A stretch of DNA of 64,000 nt from Thermoanaerobaculia bacterium. Lineage in GTDB: Bacteria; Acidobacteriota; Thermoanaerobaculia; UBA5066. Location of the stretch: positions 192,001-256,000 of the forward strand of contig CAWFJJ010000029.1 in the NCBI GenBank assembly GCA_963816185.1, read 5' to 3'. The position numbers and the translations under genes are program-made. Of this stretch, positions 38,024 through 48,623 are shown piece by piece. Under the pieces are notes generated by a model. That model was not told the origin of the DNA and did no database searches. It saw only the letters and a program-made list of their open reading frames with translations. Position 1 is the stretch's first letter. Every line of letters begins with the position of its first letter.

Positions 38024-39301
38024 ATGACCACGCGGATCAAGGTCGCGATCGGGGTGGCCGTCGCCCTCGTCCTCGCTCTTGTCGTCTATGCCTCGATCAG
38101 GAGCCGGGACAAGAACGTCGTGCGCGTCACGACGGCGAAAGTTGCGAAGGCCCCGCTCGTCGCGACCGTGAGCTGCAACGGCCGCGTCCAGGCCAAGACG
38201 AAGGTCGACATCTCGTCGCAGGTCATGGGACAGATCGTGACGCTCGCGGTGGTCGAAGGAGAGCACGTCAAGAAGGGCGACCTCCTCCTCCAGATCGACA
38301 AGGTCCAGTACGACGCGGGCGCGCAGGCGACCCAGGCGGGTCTCGACGCTCTCTTCGCGCAGCTGCAGTCGGACAAGTTCACGCGGGAGCAGGCCGAGCG
38401 CGACCTCGAGCGCACGAAGAAGAACTTCGAGGCGCACATCGAATCCGAGCAGAACCTCCAGAAAGCCCAGCTCGCGCTCGACTCGGCGAAAGCGAACGAG
38501 CTCGCAGACGAGCGCCGGATCGAGCAGGCACGGGCGAACCTCCTCGCGAACAAGGACAGCCTGAAGAAGACGACGATCACGTCTCCCATCGACGGCGTCG
38601 TCACGGCGAAGCCCGTCGAGCAAGGCGAGAACGCGATCGTCGGGACGATGAACAACCCGGGGACGGTGCTCTTGACCGTGTCGGACATGTCGGTCGTCGA
38701 GGGCGAGATGGAGGTCGACGAGACAGACATTCCGCACGTGAAGATCGGCCAGAAGGCGAAGCTCACGTTCGACGCCTATCCCGACAAGAAGTTCGACGGC
38801 GTCGTGACCGAGATGGGCGGCAGTCCGATCACGAAGTCCGCGCTCGGCACGGATTCGTCGGCCGTCAACTTCATCGTGAAGGTCCAGGTCGAGAACCCGC
38901 CCGCGAACATCCGGCCGGGCTTCTCGGTCTCCGGCAAGATCGAGACCGACCGGCGCGCCGCCGCGCTCGCGATTCCGATTCCGGCCCTCGTGGTCGCCGA
39001 CCCGGCGTCGCTCGTGCGCCCGAAGGGCAAGAAGCCGACGCCCGTCCCGACGCCCGTCGCCACGGCCGAAAAGAAGAAGGACGTGGAGGGCGTCTTCGTC
39101 GTGAAGAAGGACGGAGCGGTCGATTTCCGGCCGGTCAAGACCGGGATCAACGCCGACCTGCAGACCGAGGTCGTCGAGGGGCTCTCGGACGGCGAGGAGA
39201 TCGTCACAGGGCCTTTCAAGGCGCTTCGCACTCTCAAGATCGGGGACCGCGTCAAGGTCGACAATTCCGTGGCGGGTCCGGACGCCGCGAAGAAGTCCTG
39301 A
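38024..39301 (+). CDS. Efflux membrane fusion protein (MacA-like)
   Basis: N-terminal TM, VKKGDLLLQID lipoyl-like region, coiled coil, ITSPIDG and EVDETDI motifs. Confidence 0.9.
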   Translation: MTTRIKVAIGVAVALVLALVVYASIRSRDKNVVRVTTAKVAKAPLVATVSCNGRVQAKTKVDISSQVMGQIVTLAVVEGEHVKKGDLLLQIDKVQYDAGAQATQAGLDALFAQLQSDKFTREQAERDLERTKKNFEAHIESEQNLQKAQLALDSAKANELADERRIEQARANLLANKDSLKKTTITSPIDGVVTAKPVEQGENAIVGTMNNPGTVLLTVSDMSVVEGEMEVDETDIPHVKIGQKAKLTFDAYPDKKFDGVVTEMGGSPITKSALGTDSSAVNFIVKVQVENPPANIRPGFSVSGKIETDRRAAALAIPIPALVVADPASLVRPKGKKPTPVPTPVATAEKKKDVEGVFVVKKDGAVDFRPVKTGINADLQTEVVEGLSDGEEIVTGPFKALRTLKIGDRVKVDNSVAGPDAAKKS

Positions 39302-39314
39302 CGAAGAGGCCGGC

Positions 39315-40535
39315 ATGCTGATCGGAGAGCTCCTGCGCGTTGCGTGGAAAGCGGTCACGGCGCACAAGCTCCGCTCGTTCCTCACGCTGTTGGGAGTCAT
39401 CATCGGCGTCATGACGGTCATCGCCGTCGTGGCCGTCATCTCGGGTCTCAACAACTACGTCGCGACGAAGATCTTCTCGCTGTCGCCCGACGTCTACGTG
39501 GTCACGCGCTGGGGAATCATCACGTCGCACGAAGGTTTCCTCGACGCACTCAAGAGGAAGCCGATCAAGAAGCCCGATTTCGACCAGGTCGTGCGCCTCG
39601 CGCGCCTCGCGGAGAAGATCGGCGCGCAGTCGGGGACGCTGCAGCTCGTCAAGTACGAAAATCACCGCCTCTCGGACGTCCAGGTCCAGGGAACGACGGC
39701 GAACATGAGCGAGATCCGGAATCTCGACCTCGAGTCCGGGCGCTTCTTCACCGAGACGGAGAACGAGCACCGCGCGTACGTGGCCGTCATCGGCTCCGAC
39801 GTGCGCGAGGAGCTGTTTCCGCGCGTCGACCCGATCGGCCGCACGATCGCGATCGGCGGGACCTCGTTCCGGGTCATCGGCCTCCTGATGAAGCAGGGCT
39901 CCATCCTCGGTCAGAGCCAGGACAACGTCGCGTACGTCCCGCGCGAGACGCTCTGCAAGGTCTGGGGGGCGAATCGCCAGCTCGGGATCTACATTCAGGC
40001 GAAGGGCGGCGTGCCCGGCGTGCCGGCGTCGATGGACGAGATCCGGACGATCTTCCGGGCGATCCGCCATACGGAACCGCAGGCGCCGGACCCGGTCGCC
40101 TTCGTGAACGCGGACGCGGTGCAGGTCGTCTGGAAGGCGATCACGGCGGCCGCCTTCGCCCTTCTCGTCTTCATCAGCGGGATTTCGCTCGTCGTCGGCG
40201 CGATCGTGATCGCGAACATCATGCTCGTGTCCGTCATCGAACGGACGAAGGAGATCGGCCTGCGCCTCGCGGTCGGGGCCCGCAAGAGGGACGTCCTCTT
40301 CCAGTTCCTCCTCGAGGCCGGCCTCCTCGCGCTCGGCGGCGGCTGCCTCGGCGTCTTCTTCGGGTGGATCGTCGCGCTCTGCGTGGACGCGTTCACGCCT
40401 CTTCCGACGCTCGTCACGCCCGGCCTCGTCGTGTCGGGGCTCGTCCTCGCGACCCTGACGGGCGTCATCGCCGGCGTCTTTCCGGCCATCAAGGCGAGTC
40501 GGCTCACGCCGATCGAAGCTTTGAGATACGAATGA
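39315..40535 (+). CDS. ABC transporter permease (MacB/FtsX family)
   Basis: LRSFLTLLGVIIG, NIMLVSVIERTKEIG and PIEALRYE motifs. Confidence 0.92.
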   Translation: MLIGELLRVAWKAVTAHKLRSFLTLLGVIIGVMTVIAVVAVISGLNNYVATKIFSLSPDVYVVTRWGIITSHEGFLDALKRKPIKKPDFDQVVRLARLAEKIGAQSGTLQLVKYENHRLSDVQVQGTTANMSEIRNLDLESGRFFTETENEHRAYVAVIGSDVREELFPRVDPIGRTIAIGGTSFRVIGLLMKQGSILGQSQDNVAYVPRETLCKVWGANRQLGIYIQAKGGVPGVPASMDEIRTIFRAIRHTEPQAPDPVAFVNADAVQVVWKAITAAAFALLVFISGISLVVGAIVIANIMLVSVIERTKEIGLRLAVGARKRDVLFQFLLEAGLLALGGGCLGVFFGWIVALCVDAFTPLPTLVTPGLVVSGLVLATLTGVIAGVFPAIKASRLTPIEALRYE

Positions 40536-41803
40536 CGAACATCCTCGAGACGTTTCGCCGCGTCGTCTCCGAGAACCTGCGGTTCGCGCTGACGGCCCTC
40601 CGCGCGCACAAGCTGCGCGCCTTCCTGACGATGTTCGGCATCGTCATCGGCGTCTGGACCGTGATCGGGATGGTCGCTCTCGTGACCGGCTTCGACCGGT
40701 CCCAGACCGAGGCGTTCTCGTCCTTCGGCACGACCCTCGTGCAGTTCCAGAAGTTCGAGCCGCGTTTCGGGCCGGGCCGGCGCTCGGAGGAGGAGCGGAA
40801 ACGCAAGGACCTCACGATCGAGGACGCCGACGCTCTTCAGCAGCTCTGTCCTTCCATCCTCGCCGTCTCCCCGGAGCGGTACATGTGGACCCCCTCGCAA
40901 GTGAAGGGGAACGGCAACGAGGCGAACTCCCCGCAGATCGCGGGCGGCAACCAGAACTACGCGATCTGCAACAACTGGTCGATTCAGGACGGCCGAAACG
41001 TCACCGACCTCGACGTCCTCCACGCGACGGACACGTGCGTCATCGGACAGGACGTCTCGGAAGCCCTCTTTAAGGGTACGGACCCGCTCGGGCAGATGAT
41101 CTCGGTCAACGGCAAGCGCCTCCAGGTCGTCGGCACGTTCGAGAAGAAGGGCTCCTCGGGCTTCGGCGGCCAGCCCGACAACATCGTCCTGATGCCGATC
41201 TCGACGTTCGACCGCCATTTTCCGCAGACGAAGAACTCGCACGACGACACAATCCACATCGCGACGATCCCGCGCTCGCCCGAGCTCGTCGACCGCGTGA
41301 TCGAGGAAGGCACGACCGTCCTCAGGACGCGGCGCAAGGTTCCGTTCAACGCGCCGAACGATTTCGCAATCTTCACCGCCGAGAAGCTGCTCGCCCAGAT
41401 GCAGTCCGTCACGAACGCGATCTCGGGCGTCATGGTCCTCATTGCGGCGATCGCGCTCGTCGTGGGCGGGGTGGGCGTCATGAACATCATGCTCGTCTCG
41501 GTGACCGAGAGGACGAGGGAGATCGGCCTTCGCAAGGCGGTCGGTGCGCTCAGGCGGGACATCTCGCTTCAGTTTCTGACCGAGGCGATGACGCTGACCG
41601 CCCTCGGGGGCCTCGTGGGCGTCGGCCTCGGCCTTCTGACCGCTCTCGTCGTGCGCCTCGTCTCGAGCCTTCGCACGGCGACGCCGCTCTGGAGCATCTT
41701 CCTCGGGCTCGGCGTCTCGGTCTCGATCGGCCTTTTCTTCGGGATCTACCCGGCCATGAAGGCCGCGCGCCTCGATCCCATCGACGCCCTGCGGTACGAG
41801 TAG
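40532..41803 (+). CDS. ABC transporter permease (MacB/FtsX family)
   Basis: GGVGVMNIMLVSVTERTREIG and DPIDALRYE motifs; ATGA overlap. Confidence 0.92.
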   Translation: MTNILETFRRVVSENLRFALTALRAHKLRAFLTMFGIVIGVWTVIGMVALVTGFDRSQTEAFSSFGTTLVQFQKFEPRFGPGRRSEEERKRKDLTIEDADALQQLCPSILAVSPERYMWTPSQVKGNGNEANSPQIAGGNQNYAICNNWSIQDGRNVTDLDVLHATDTCVIGQDVSEALFKGTDPLGQMISVNGKRLQVVGTFEKKGSSGFGGQPDNIVLMPISTFDRHFPQTKNSHDDTIHIATIPRSPELVDRVIEEGTTVLRTRRKVPFNAPNDFAIFTAEKLLAQMQSVTNAISGVMVLIAAIALVVGGVGVMNIMLVSVTERTREIGLRKAVGALRRDISLQFLTEAMTLTALGGLVGVGLGLLTALVVRLVSSLRTATPLWSIFLGLGVSVSIGLFFGIYPAMKAARLDPIDALRYE

Positions 41804-41825
41804 AAACTCCGCTACCATTCCCGCC

Positions 41826-42182
41826 GTGGCGCCGGTCCCGAAAAACCTTCAGGTGCTCGGCGACGAGCTCGCGATCGCCTGGAACGACGGGGAAGAGTCG
41901 TACCTCAAGCTCGCCGACCTTCGCCGGCTCTGCCCGTGCGCGGAGTGCCAGGGCGAGCGCGACCTGTTGGGACGCCTCATGAAACCGCCCGCGCGGCCGC
42001 TGACCGCCGAGTCGTATCAGGTGCGCGGCACTTCGCCCGTGGGCGGTTATGCGCTCCAGATCTTCTGGGCGGACGGCCACGCCGACGGTCTCTACACGTA
42101 CGAGAGGCTGCGCGAGTGGGGCGAGAATCCTCCCGAGCTTCCGCCCCTTACGACCGCGTTCCCTCTGCTCCCGGTGCGCTGA
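41826..42182 (+). CDS. DUF971 / GBBH-like N-terminal domain protein
   Basis: LRRLCPCAEC and VGGYALQI.W.DGH..GLY motifs. Confidence 0.85.
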   Translation: MAPVPKNLQVLGDELAIAWNDGEESYLKLADLRRLCPCAECQGERDLLGRLMKPPARPLTAESYQVRGTSPVGGYALQIFWADGHADGLYTYERLREWGENPPELPPLTTAFPLLPVR

Positions 42183-42185
42183 GCC

Positions 42186-43325
42186 TCAGGGCTTCTTCGC
42201 CTCGAGCGCCTTTTTCGCGCTTTTCGAGAGGTCCGGCAGGTGCTTGCCTTTCGTGACCTCGAGATAGAGCGAGACGACCGCGCGCGGGCCGGCTTGGAGA
42301 GCGGAGAGGTACTTCTCGCGCCCCGCCAGCCGCAGGATCGCGTCGGTCATGTGCGCCCCCACGATCGCGGGATAGCGATTCCAGAAGTCGCCCTTGCTCG
42401 CGTTCGCGAGGAGCTCCTGCCGGTCGGATTCTTTCTTCTTCCCTTCGAGGAGCAGGTCCGCCGCGCGATTCCACCGCGAATACGCTCGAACGATGGGCTC
42501 CTCCAGGAGCGGGACGATCGGAAAGAAGTCGTCGGGGATGAGAAAGAGCGTCGGCGGGCCTTCTTCGATCGTCCGTGCGAGAAGCGCGTCGAAATCGGCG
42601 GCCCTCTCGTCGGGCCAGGCAGGCGCTTTTCGCACGTGCGCGTCGAAGAGCGTGCGCCAGCCTTCGGCGGAGGCGGCACGCAGGAGCTTCAGGACGACTT
42701 CCCGCGGCATCGGCGCGGTGGCGAGATCGCCCGTGAGGCGCGGCAGGTCCGCGGAGAGGACGAGCGAATCCCCGTCACGAACGCTGGTGACCTCGGCGAA
42801 GCCCGAGACCCCGAGAAAGGGCACGACGACGAATGACGCCGTGATGGGGGCTCCCGAGGGCAAAAGCGACGCGATGCGCCGGCCCTCCAAGACGGCCCCG
42901 GACGCCCCGTCCGTCTCGATCGCATCGAGGACGCGAGTGAAGTACGGAATCTTCGCGACGAACGTCGACAGGAGCGGGTCCGGCGTCCCGGCGATCGTCG
43001 AGACGAGGCGGCCGTAGAAATCGTCGGGGGAGAGGCCTTCGGCACGAATCGCCGCCGTGGCGTTCGCGGAAGCCTTGAGGTGCCGGAGCGTTGCCGGAGC
43101 GTCCGGAGACCCGCCGAGGAGCGCGAGGACGTCGCGCGCGGGAGCGGTATCGACCGTGAACGACAGCCGGTGCGGCGTCTGGGCCGCGAGGTCGAAGGGC
43201 GGGCCCGCCGGACGAGCGGCCGGCGGCGCCTCGGCCGCTCCCGCCGCGAATGGCGCGGTCGCGAGCGCGGCCGCGGCTGCCAAGGCAGGCAAGATCAGTA
43301 GGGGAGAGCGACTCGAGTCAGCCAA
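42186..43325 (-). CDS. Hypothetical secreted protein
   Basis: Signal peptide-like segment after a TTG overlapping the upstream stop; start uncertain. Confidence 0.6.
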   Translation of the reverse strand: MADSSRSPLLILPALAAAAALATAPFAAGAAEAPPAARPAGPPFDLAAQTPHRLSFTVDTAPARDVLALLGGSPDAPATLRHLKASANATAAIRAEGLSPDDFYGRLVSTIAGTPDPLLSTFVAKIPYFTRVLDAIETDGASGAVLEGRRIASLLPSGAPITASFVVVPFLGVSGFAEVTSVRDGDSLVLSADLPRLTGDLATAPMPREVVLKLLRAASAEGWRTLFDAHVRKAPAWPDERAADFDALLARTIEEGPPTLFLIPDDFFPIVPLLEEPIVRAYSRWNRAADLLLEGKKKESDRQELLANASKGDFWNRYPAIVGAHMTDAILRLAGREKYLSALQAGPRAVVSLYLEVTKGKHLPDLSKSAKKALEAKKP

Positions 43326-44043
43326 GGATCGCCTCCACGGCTCGAGGTGTGTCGGAAAAATCGGCGAGAAGGGCGTGCGCGCCCGCGGCGGCAAGCGCGG
43401 GAAGCGCGGTGCGCCCCGTGCCCACGGCCACGGCGCGCGCTCCGAACGCGAGGCCGCACGCGACGTCGTGTCGCGAGTCACCCACGACGACGCACTCGGA
43501 GCCCGTGAAGGCCATACCCGTGGCGGGCCGGGCACGCCTGAGCGCGACGGGCCCCAGCTCCTCGCGACGGGTGGCGTCGTCACCCCAGACGCCGAACGTG
43601 AAGCGGTGCCAGATGCCCGCGAAGCCCAGCTTCAGCCGCGCGCCGCGTTCCAGGTTTCCCGTCAGGAGCGCGAGGACGAGACCGGGCACGTTCTCGAGCT
43701 CGTCGAGGAGAGCGAGGACGCCGGGCTTGAGGACGGGGGGACGCTCGTTGAGCGCGAGCTCGAGCCGGTCGAGATAGAGCGCGAGCGCATCCGCACGGCG
43801 GGCGGTGATCGTCGCGTCGGCCACGCCGGCCGCGCGCATGAGGTCGGTCACGATGAGCGGATCGAGGCGCCCCTCGAAGGTGTAGCCCTCGACGTCCCCG
43901 CTCGTGCCGTAGACGTCCTGGAGCGCGGACGCGAAGGTCGTCCGTGCGTCCGCGCCGGTCGAGAGAAGCGTGCCGTCGATGTCGAACAGGACGAGGCGCT
44001 TCGTCGCGGCGACGGCGCCCGGCGGGAGCCTCGTTGCGCTCAT
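43318..44043 (-). CDS. HAD family hydrolase
   Basis: LFDIDGTL, LTGN and VVGDS.HD motifs. Confidence 0.9.
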   Translation of the reverse strand: MSATRLPPGAVAATKRLVLFDIDGTLLSTGADARTTFASALQDVYGTSGDVEGYTFEGRLDPLIVTDLMRAAGVADATITARRADALALYLDRLELALNERPPVLKPGVLALLDELENVPGLVLALLTGNLERGARLKLGFAGIWHRFTFGVWGDDATRREELGPVALRRARPATGMAFTGSECVVVGDSRHDVACGLAFGARAVAVGTGRTALPALAAAGAHALLADFSDTPRAVEAILG

Positions 44044-44927
44044 CGCGTCGCCTCCGGCGGAGAGAGGTGCGTCGCAAGCGAGCGCACGAAGTCGGGAAAC
44101 ACCCTTCGCCAGTACGGCCAGTCGTGCACTCCGGTTTCCAGGACGGCGGCGTGGGGAACGGCGAACGCGTCGAGATATCGGTCGAAGAAGGCCACGATCT
44201 CCGAGAGGCGGTACTTGTCCTCGGTGCCGCAGCGCATGTAGAGGAAGGGCGCATGCGCCGCGAGAAGAGGGTCGTCGAGGAGCATGGCGTAGAGATCGTT
44301 CTTCCGAAGCACGTTCTTCACGGGGTCGTCCCCGAACGTGCGCTCGAGCGAGGGGCGGATGAAGAACGGCATGGCCTGGACCGCCGGCCAGCACATCTGC
44401 TCCACCGCGGGTGAGAGCCCGCCGGCCGCGCTGAAGAGGGCGGGTTGCGAGAGCGCCCAGCGCAGGGCTCCGTAGCCGCCCATCGAGATGCCGGCAACGA
44501 GACGAGATCCGCGCGAGGCGACCGTGCGGTATCGCCCGTCCACGAACGGCACGAGCGTTCGGGTGAGGAACGTCGCGTAGCGCAAGACGCCCCCCTGCCC
44601 GTCGACGAACCAGGTGCCCGCGCCGCGCGGCGAGACGACGAGCATTTCGGGGAGTCGCCTCTCGCGCATGTCCTTTTCGAGCGCGTCGGCGAGCCCTTCG
44701 TGAAAGAAAGTCTCTTCGTCTCCGCCGCCATCGTGGAGGAAGTACAGAACCGGGAAGCGCCTGGCGGGCTCGGTCTCGTAGGACGGCGGCGTCATCACGA
44801 GGACACGGACCGGCGCCGGGAGCGAAGCGGTGGCGACTCGCTCCTCGTGCCGGGAGGCCGACGCGCGCGCAGGAGAGCACGCGAGCACGGACACGAGGGC
44901 GGCGGCGAGGGGCGCGGGTCTCGTCAA
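44040..44927 (-). CDS. Secreted esterase (alpha/beta hydrolase)
   Basis: PVLYFLH, GISMGG and GVHDW.YW motifs. Confidence 0.88.
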   Translation of the reverse strand: MTRPAPLAAALVSVLACSPARASASRHEERVATASLPAPVRVLVMTPPSYETEPARRFPVLYFLHDGGGDEETFFHEGLADALEKDMRERRLPEMLVVSPRGAGTWFVDGQGGVLRYATFLTRTLVPFVDGRYRTVASRGSRLVAGISMGGYGALRWALSQPALFSAAGGLSPAVEQMCWPAVQAMPFFIRPSLERTFGDDPVKNVLRKNDLYAMLLDDPLLAAHAPFLYMRCGTEDKYRLSEIVAFFDRYLDAFAVPHAAVLETGVHDWPYWRRVFPDFVRSLATHLSPPEATR

Positions 44928-44964
44928 GCGGTCATTCTAGAGCGCCCCTGTTAACCTTGGAGCG

Positions 44965-45726
44965 ATGCCCGGGAAGGAAGGGACGCGCGCGCGGATCCTC
45001 GAGGGCGAGACCGCCATCGTGACGGGCGCGGGGCGCGGTCTCGGCCGCGCGATCTCCCTCGCTCTGGCGCGTGCCGGGGCCACGGTCGCCGTTGCCTCGC
45101 GCTCGGCGGACGAGGTCGAGCGCACGAAAAAGGAGATCGAGGGGGCCGGCGGGAAGGCGCTCGCGATCGTGACGGACGTCACGTCCCGGACCGCGGTCGA
45201 GGCTCTCGTCGAAAGGACGCGCGAGACCACGGGACGCCTCGACATCGTCGTGAACAACGCGGGAGTCTTCGTGTGGAAGGCGCTCAAGGATCTCGAGGAA
45301 GGCGACTGGGACCGCATCCTCGACACGAACCTCAAGGCGAGCTACCTGCTCGTTCACGCCGCTTTGCCGTCTCTCGTCGCCTGCGGCCGCGGCCGGATCG
45401 TCAACGTCTCGTCGATTCACGGCACCGTGGGCGAGGCGAACGTCGTGGCGCACTGCGCCGCGAAATTCGGGCTCGTGGGCTTCACGAAGGCGCTCGCGGC
45501 CGAGCTGCGCGGCGTGGGCGTCACCGTGAACGCTCTCTGCCCCGGCGCGACCGACAACAAGAGCCTCGAGCTGTCCGGCCGGCCGCGGAAGGCCCCTCTT
45601 CAGGAGAAGCTCGACGCGCACGACGTCGCCGAGGCCGCTCTCTTCCTGGTTTCTCCGGCGGCGGCAGCGATCTCGGGCGCGGTCCTCGACATCTGGGGCG
45701 GGTCGTCGGTCTCGATCACAGGCTGA
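44965..45726 (+). CDS. SDR family oxidoreductase
   Basis: TGAGRGLG, NNAG and VNALCPG motifs; the catalytic YxxxK appears as HCAAK. Confidence 0.88.
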   Translation: MPGKEGTRARILEGETAIVTGAGRGLGRAISLALARAGATVAVASRSADEVERTKKEIEGAGGKALAIVTDVTSRTAVEALVERTRETTGRLDIVVNNAGVFVWKALKDLEEGDWDRILDTNLKASYLLVHAALPSLVACGRGRIVNVSSIHGTVGEANVVAHCAAKFGLVGFTKALAAELRGVGVTVNALCPGATDNKSLELSGRPRKAPLQEKLDAHDVAEAALFLVSPAAAAISGAVLDIWGGSSVSITG

Positions 45727-45769
45727 GGTCGGCCGCAGCGGCGCTAAACTGCCAGCGGCCGCACCGCGT

Positions 45770-45847
45770 CTGCCCGTAGCTCAGCTGGACCAGAGCATCG
45801 GCCTTCTAAGCCGAGGGTCGGGAGTTCGAATCTCCCCGGGCAGGCCA
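45770..45847 (+). tRNA. tRNA-Arg(UCU)
   Basis: CTGCCCGTAGCTCAG...CTTCTAA...GAGTTCGAATCTC CCGGGCAG GCCA. Confidence 0.95.
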
Positions 45848-45923
45848 CTCCATTACGCCAGGGAGAACGCGATTCTCCGCCCGGACTGCGGGAGCGCCGG
45901 GAAATCCCGTCACGGAATCCGTC

Positions 45924-48623
45924 TCACTTCCCCCCCGGCACCCGCCGCTTCACCTCCTCGAACCAGTTCAGGACGACCTTCACCTGAGCCGGGCCCGATT
46001 CGGCCGGGTCGGGTCTGATCATGAGGAAGCGGCCGTCGGGCGCGACGTCGTAGCTATAGCCGTATGGGTTCATGCCGTAATGACGACCCTCGAAGAGCGT
46101 CCGCGGGCGGCCGGGGCGAAACGTCGGCTTCGTCTCGACGTCGACGATCATCATCTTGTCCGCTTGCCGATAGAAAAGTTCCCGGCCGCTCCGGGACCAG
46201 CGCGCATCCTGTCCCCCTTCGGTCGAAATCTGCCATCTGGCGCCCGGGCCCGGGAACGGCCGGACGTAGACCTCGAAGCGCCCGGACTCGTTCGACTCGT
46301 ACGCGACCCAGCGGCCGTCGGGCGAAAAACGAGCGTTGCCCTCCAGAGACTTTGTCCTGAGAAAAGGACGGACCTTTCTCTCCCCGCTGAGCGGAAGAAC
46401 GAAGATGTCAAAGCCCGTATTCGCCGGACTGGTGTCGGCGTAGTCGTACGCGTCGAAGAGCAGAAGGCTGCCGTCGGGTGAGAAGGAGTTCGGTGACTCC
46501 AGCCGGAGGTCCCGCTCGCCCGTCAGAAGCTCGGGCGGGGTGCTTCCATCGGCGTTTTGCCAGTAGACACGAGCTTGCGAGCTCCCCGTTCCTGCAGAGG
46601 CGAAAGCGAATCCAACCCGCTTCCCGTCCGGCGCCCAGACCGGACTTCCGACATCTCCTTCCGCGGTGGAACGGCTGAGCGTGCCGCGGGCCAGGTCGCC
46701 GAACAGAAGCGCCGTTCTTTCACCCTTTTCCATGGTCATTGCCGCGATCCGCCCTCCGTCAGGCGAGAGGGCGACTTGCTCGTAGCCCCGCGGCGGGAAG
46801 GGAATCTGTTCCGCCGCTCCTTTCCGGTCCACCCAGACCAGGGTCCGCGGAAACTCCCGGCTCGGTACGTAGGCGAGCGTCCCCTGCCAGGAGAAGGTGT
46901 ACTCGGCTTGCCGGTTTCCCCTGAAATTCGTCATCAGATCGTTGAGGAGCGGCACGGGAGAGCTGGAGACTTCGAGGCGGTTAAGGTCGAACCGGACGCC
47001 GAGGAGTGATCCGGGGCGAGCGAAGACGAGGTATCCCGTCGGGAGATACCGGGGGTACGCGGCGTCCTTCACGAGAATCCGCTGCTCTCCCGTCCGGAGC
47101 GATACGACGGCGGCATGGCTCGTCTGAGTCCGGTCCACGAGATCGAAGAGGACGTGCTCTCCGTCCGGGAGGATCTGCGGAAAGATGTGTCTCTCGCCCT
47201 TGGCGGCATCCGGGGTCGTCACCCTCCGGGGCTCTCCGCCCGACGCCGGGATGCGCCAAAGGCCCGAGACCGGCACGAAGACGATCGTTCCGTCCTCGCC
47301 CCAGCTCCCGCCGCGGTTGGACATCGTGTCGCAGAGGATGACCGGGGATCCCCCGGCGAGAGCCACTTTCTTCAGCTTTCCTCCAGCGAAGAAGCCGACC
47401 TCGAGACCGTCCGGCGAGATGAACGGCTGATGCGCCCCCTCGGTTCCCGGGATCGGTCTGATCTCCTCGCGGTCGAGCCGACGGACAAACAGTTTGTCTC
47501 CGCTTCCCCCAAAGAAGACAAGGGCCTTTCCGTCACGTGTGAGAGCGAGCGGACTTGAGTTGTCCGTATTCGGTGAAGCGTCGAGTGGGAAGGTGAGCGA
47601 CACGACGACGGGCGATGCGGGAGGAGATCCCGTTCGCAGAAACCGGCTGCCGAGGAGGAGACCGAGCGCGACGGCGAGGGCGACGGCAGCCGTCAGCGCC
47701 CAGTACGGCACCCGGCGGCGAAGACGGGGCACCTCTCCGGGCGAGACGTCAGCAGCATTGACGGCCTCCGACAGATGCGTCCGGAGGTTCTGAAGCTCCT
47801 TTGCGAGGTCTTTCGTCGAGGAATATCGCTCTTCGGCATCTTTCGAGAGACAACGCTGCACGATCCAACCGAGGGACGCCGGTAGTTTCGGGGCGAGTTT
47901 CGTCACGGGCTCCGGTTCGTCCTGGATGATGGCGGCCATCGTCTCGACGGCTGATGTCCCCCCGAACGGGCGCTTTCCCGTCAGCATCTCGTAGAGAACC
48001 GTCCCGAGCGAGAACTGGTCGCTCCGGTAATCGACCGTCTCCCCACGCGCCTGCTCCGGCGACATGTAGGCCACCGTCCCGAGGACGACCCCCTTCTCGC
48101 TCAGGGCCGCGAGCGTGGGAGACCGGGTGTCGTTTGAATCGTGGCGTGTGACGTCGTGCCGGGCCAGGCCGAAGTCGAGGAGCTTGGCGTGGCCGTCCTT
48201 CGTCAGGAAGACGTTCTCGGGCTTGACGTCGCGGTGGACGATCCCCTTCCCGTGGGCCGCGGCGAGCCCTTCCGCAACCTGAAGCCCCACGTCGAGGGCC
48301 TTCCTGAGCGGGAGAGGCCCCTTGCCCAGCGCCTGACGCAGCATCTCGCCCTCCAGAAGCTCCTGGACGAGGAGATACCGGCCAGAGATTTCTTCGAATG
48401 AATAGACGACGGCGATGTTCGGGTGGCTGACCGCGGCCAGCGCTTTCGCCTCCCGCTCGAATCGCGCGACGCTCTCCCTGTTTTCGAAGAATTCTTCCGG
48501 CAGGACCTTCAGCGCCACGGTCCGGTCGAGCCGCGTGTCCCGGGCTTTCCAGACTTCGCCCATGCCCCCCGCGCCGAGAGGGGCGAGGATTTCGTAAGGA
48601 CCGAGGCGTGTGCCCGGATTCAA
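45924..48623 (-). CDS. Ser/Thr protein kinase with TM segment and TolB-like (PD40) beta-propeller
   Basis: [17 protein letters not shown] and DFGLA motifs; repeated SPDG motifs. Confidence 0.93.
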   Translation of the reverse strand: MNPGTRLGPYEILAPLGAGGMGEVWKARDTRLDRTVALKVLPEEFFENRESVARFEREAKALAAVSHPNIAVVYSFEEISGRYLLVQELLEGEMLRQALGKGPLPLRKALDVGLQVAEGLAAAHGKGIVHRDVKPENVFLTKDGHAKLLDFGLARHDVTRHDSNDTRSPTLAALSEKGVVLGTVAYMSPEQARGETVDYRSDQFSLGTVLYEMLTGKRPFGGTSAVETMAAIIQDEPEPVTKLAPKLPASLGWIVQRCLSKDAEERYSSTKDLAKELQNLRTHLSEAVNAADVSPGEVPRLRRRVPYWALTAAVALAVALGLLLGSRFLRTGSPPASPVVVSLTFPLDASPNTDNSSPLALTRDGKALVFFGGSGDKLFVRRLDREEIRPIPGTEGAHQPFISPDGLEVGFFAGGKLKKVALAGGSPVILCDTMSNRGGSWGEDGTIVFVPVSGLWRIPASGGEPRRVTTPDAAKGERHIFPQILPDGEHVLFDLVDRTQTSHAAVVSLRTGEQRILVKDAAYPRYLPTGYLVFARPGSLLGVRFDLNRLEVSSSPVPLLNDLMTNFRGNRQAEYTFSWQGTLAYVPSREFPRTLVWVDRKGAAEQIPFPPRGYEQVALSPDGGRIAAMTMEKGERTALLFGDLARGTLSRSTAEGDVGSPVWAPDGKRVGFAFASAGTGSSQARVYWQNADGSTPPELLTGERDLRLESPNSFSPDGSLLLFDAYDYADTSPANTGFDIFVLPLSGERKVRPFLRTKSLEGNARFSPDGRWVAYESNESGRFEVYVRPFPGPGARWQISTEGGQDARWSRSGRELFYRQADKMMIVDVETKPTFRPGRPRTLFEGRHYGMNPYGYSYDVAPDGRFLMIRPDPAESGPAQVKVVLNWFEEVKRRVPGGK

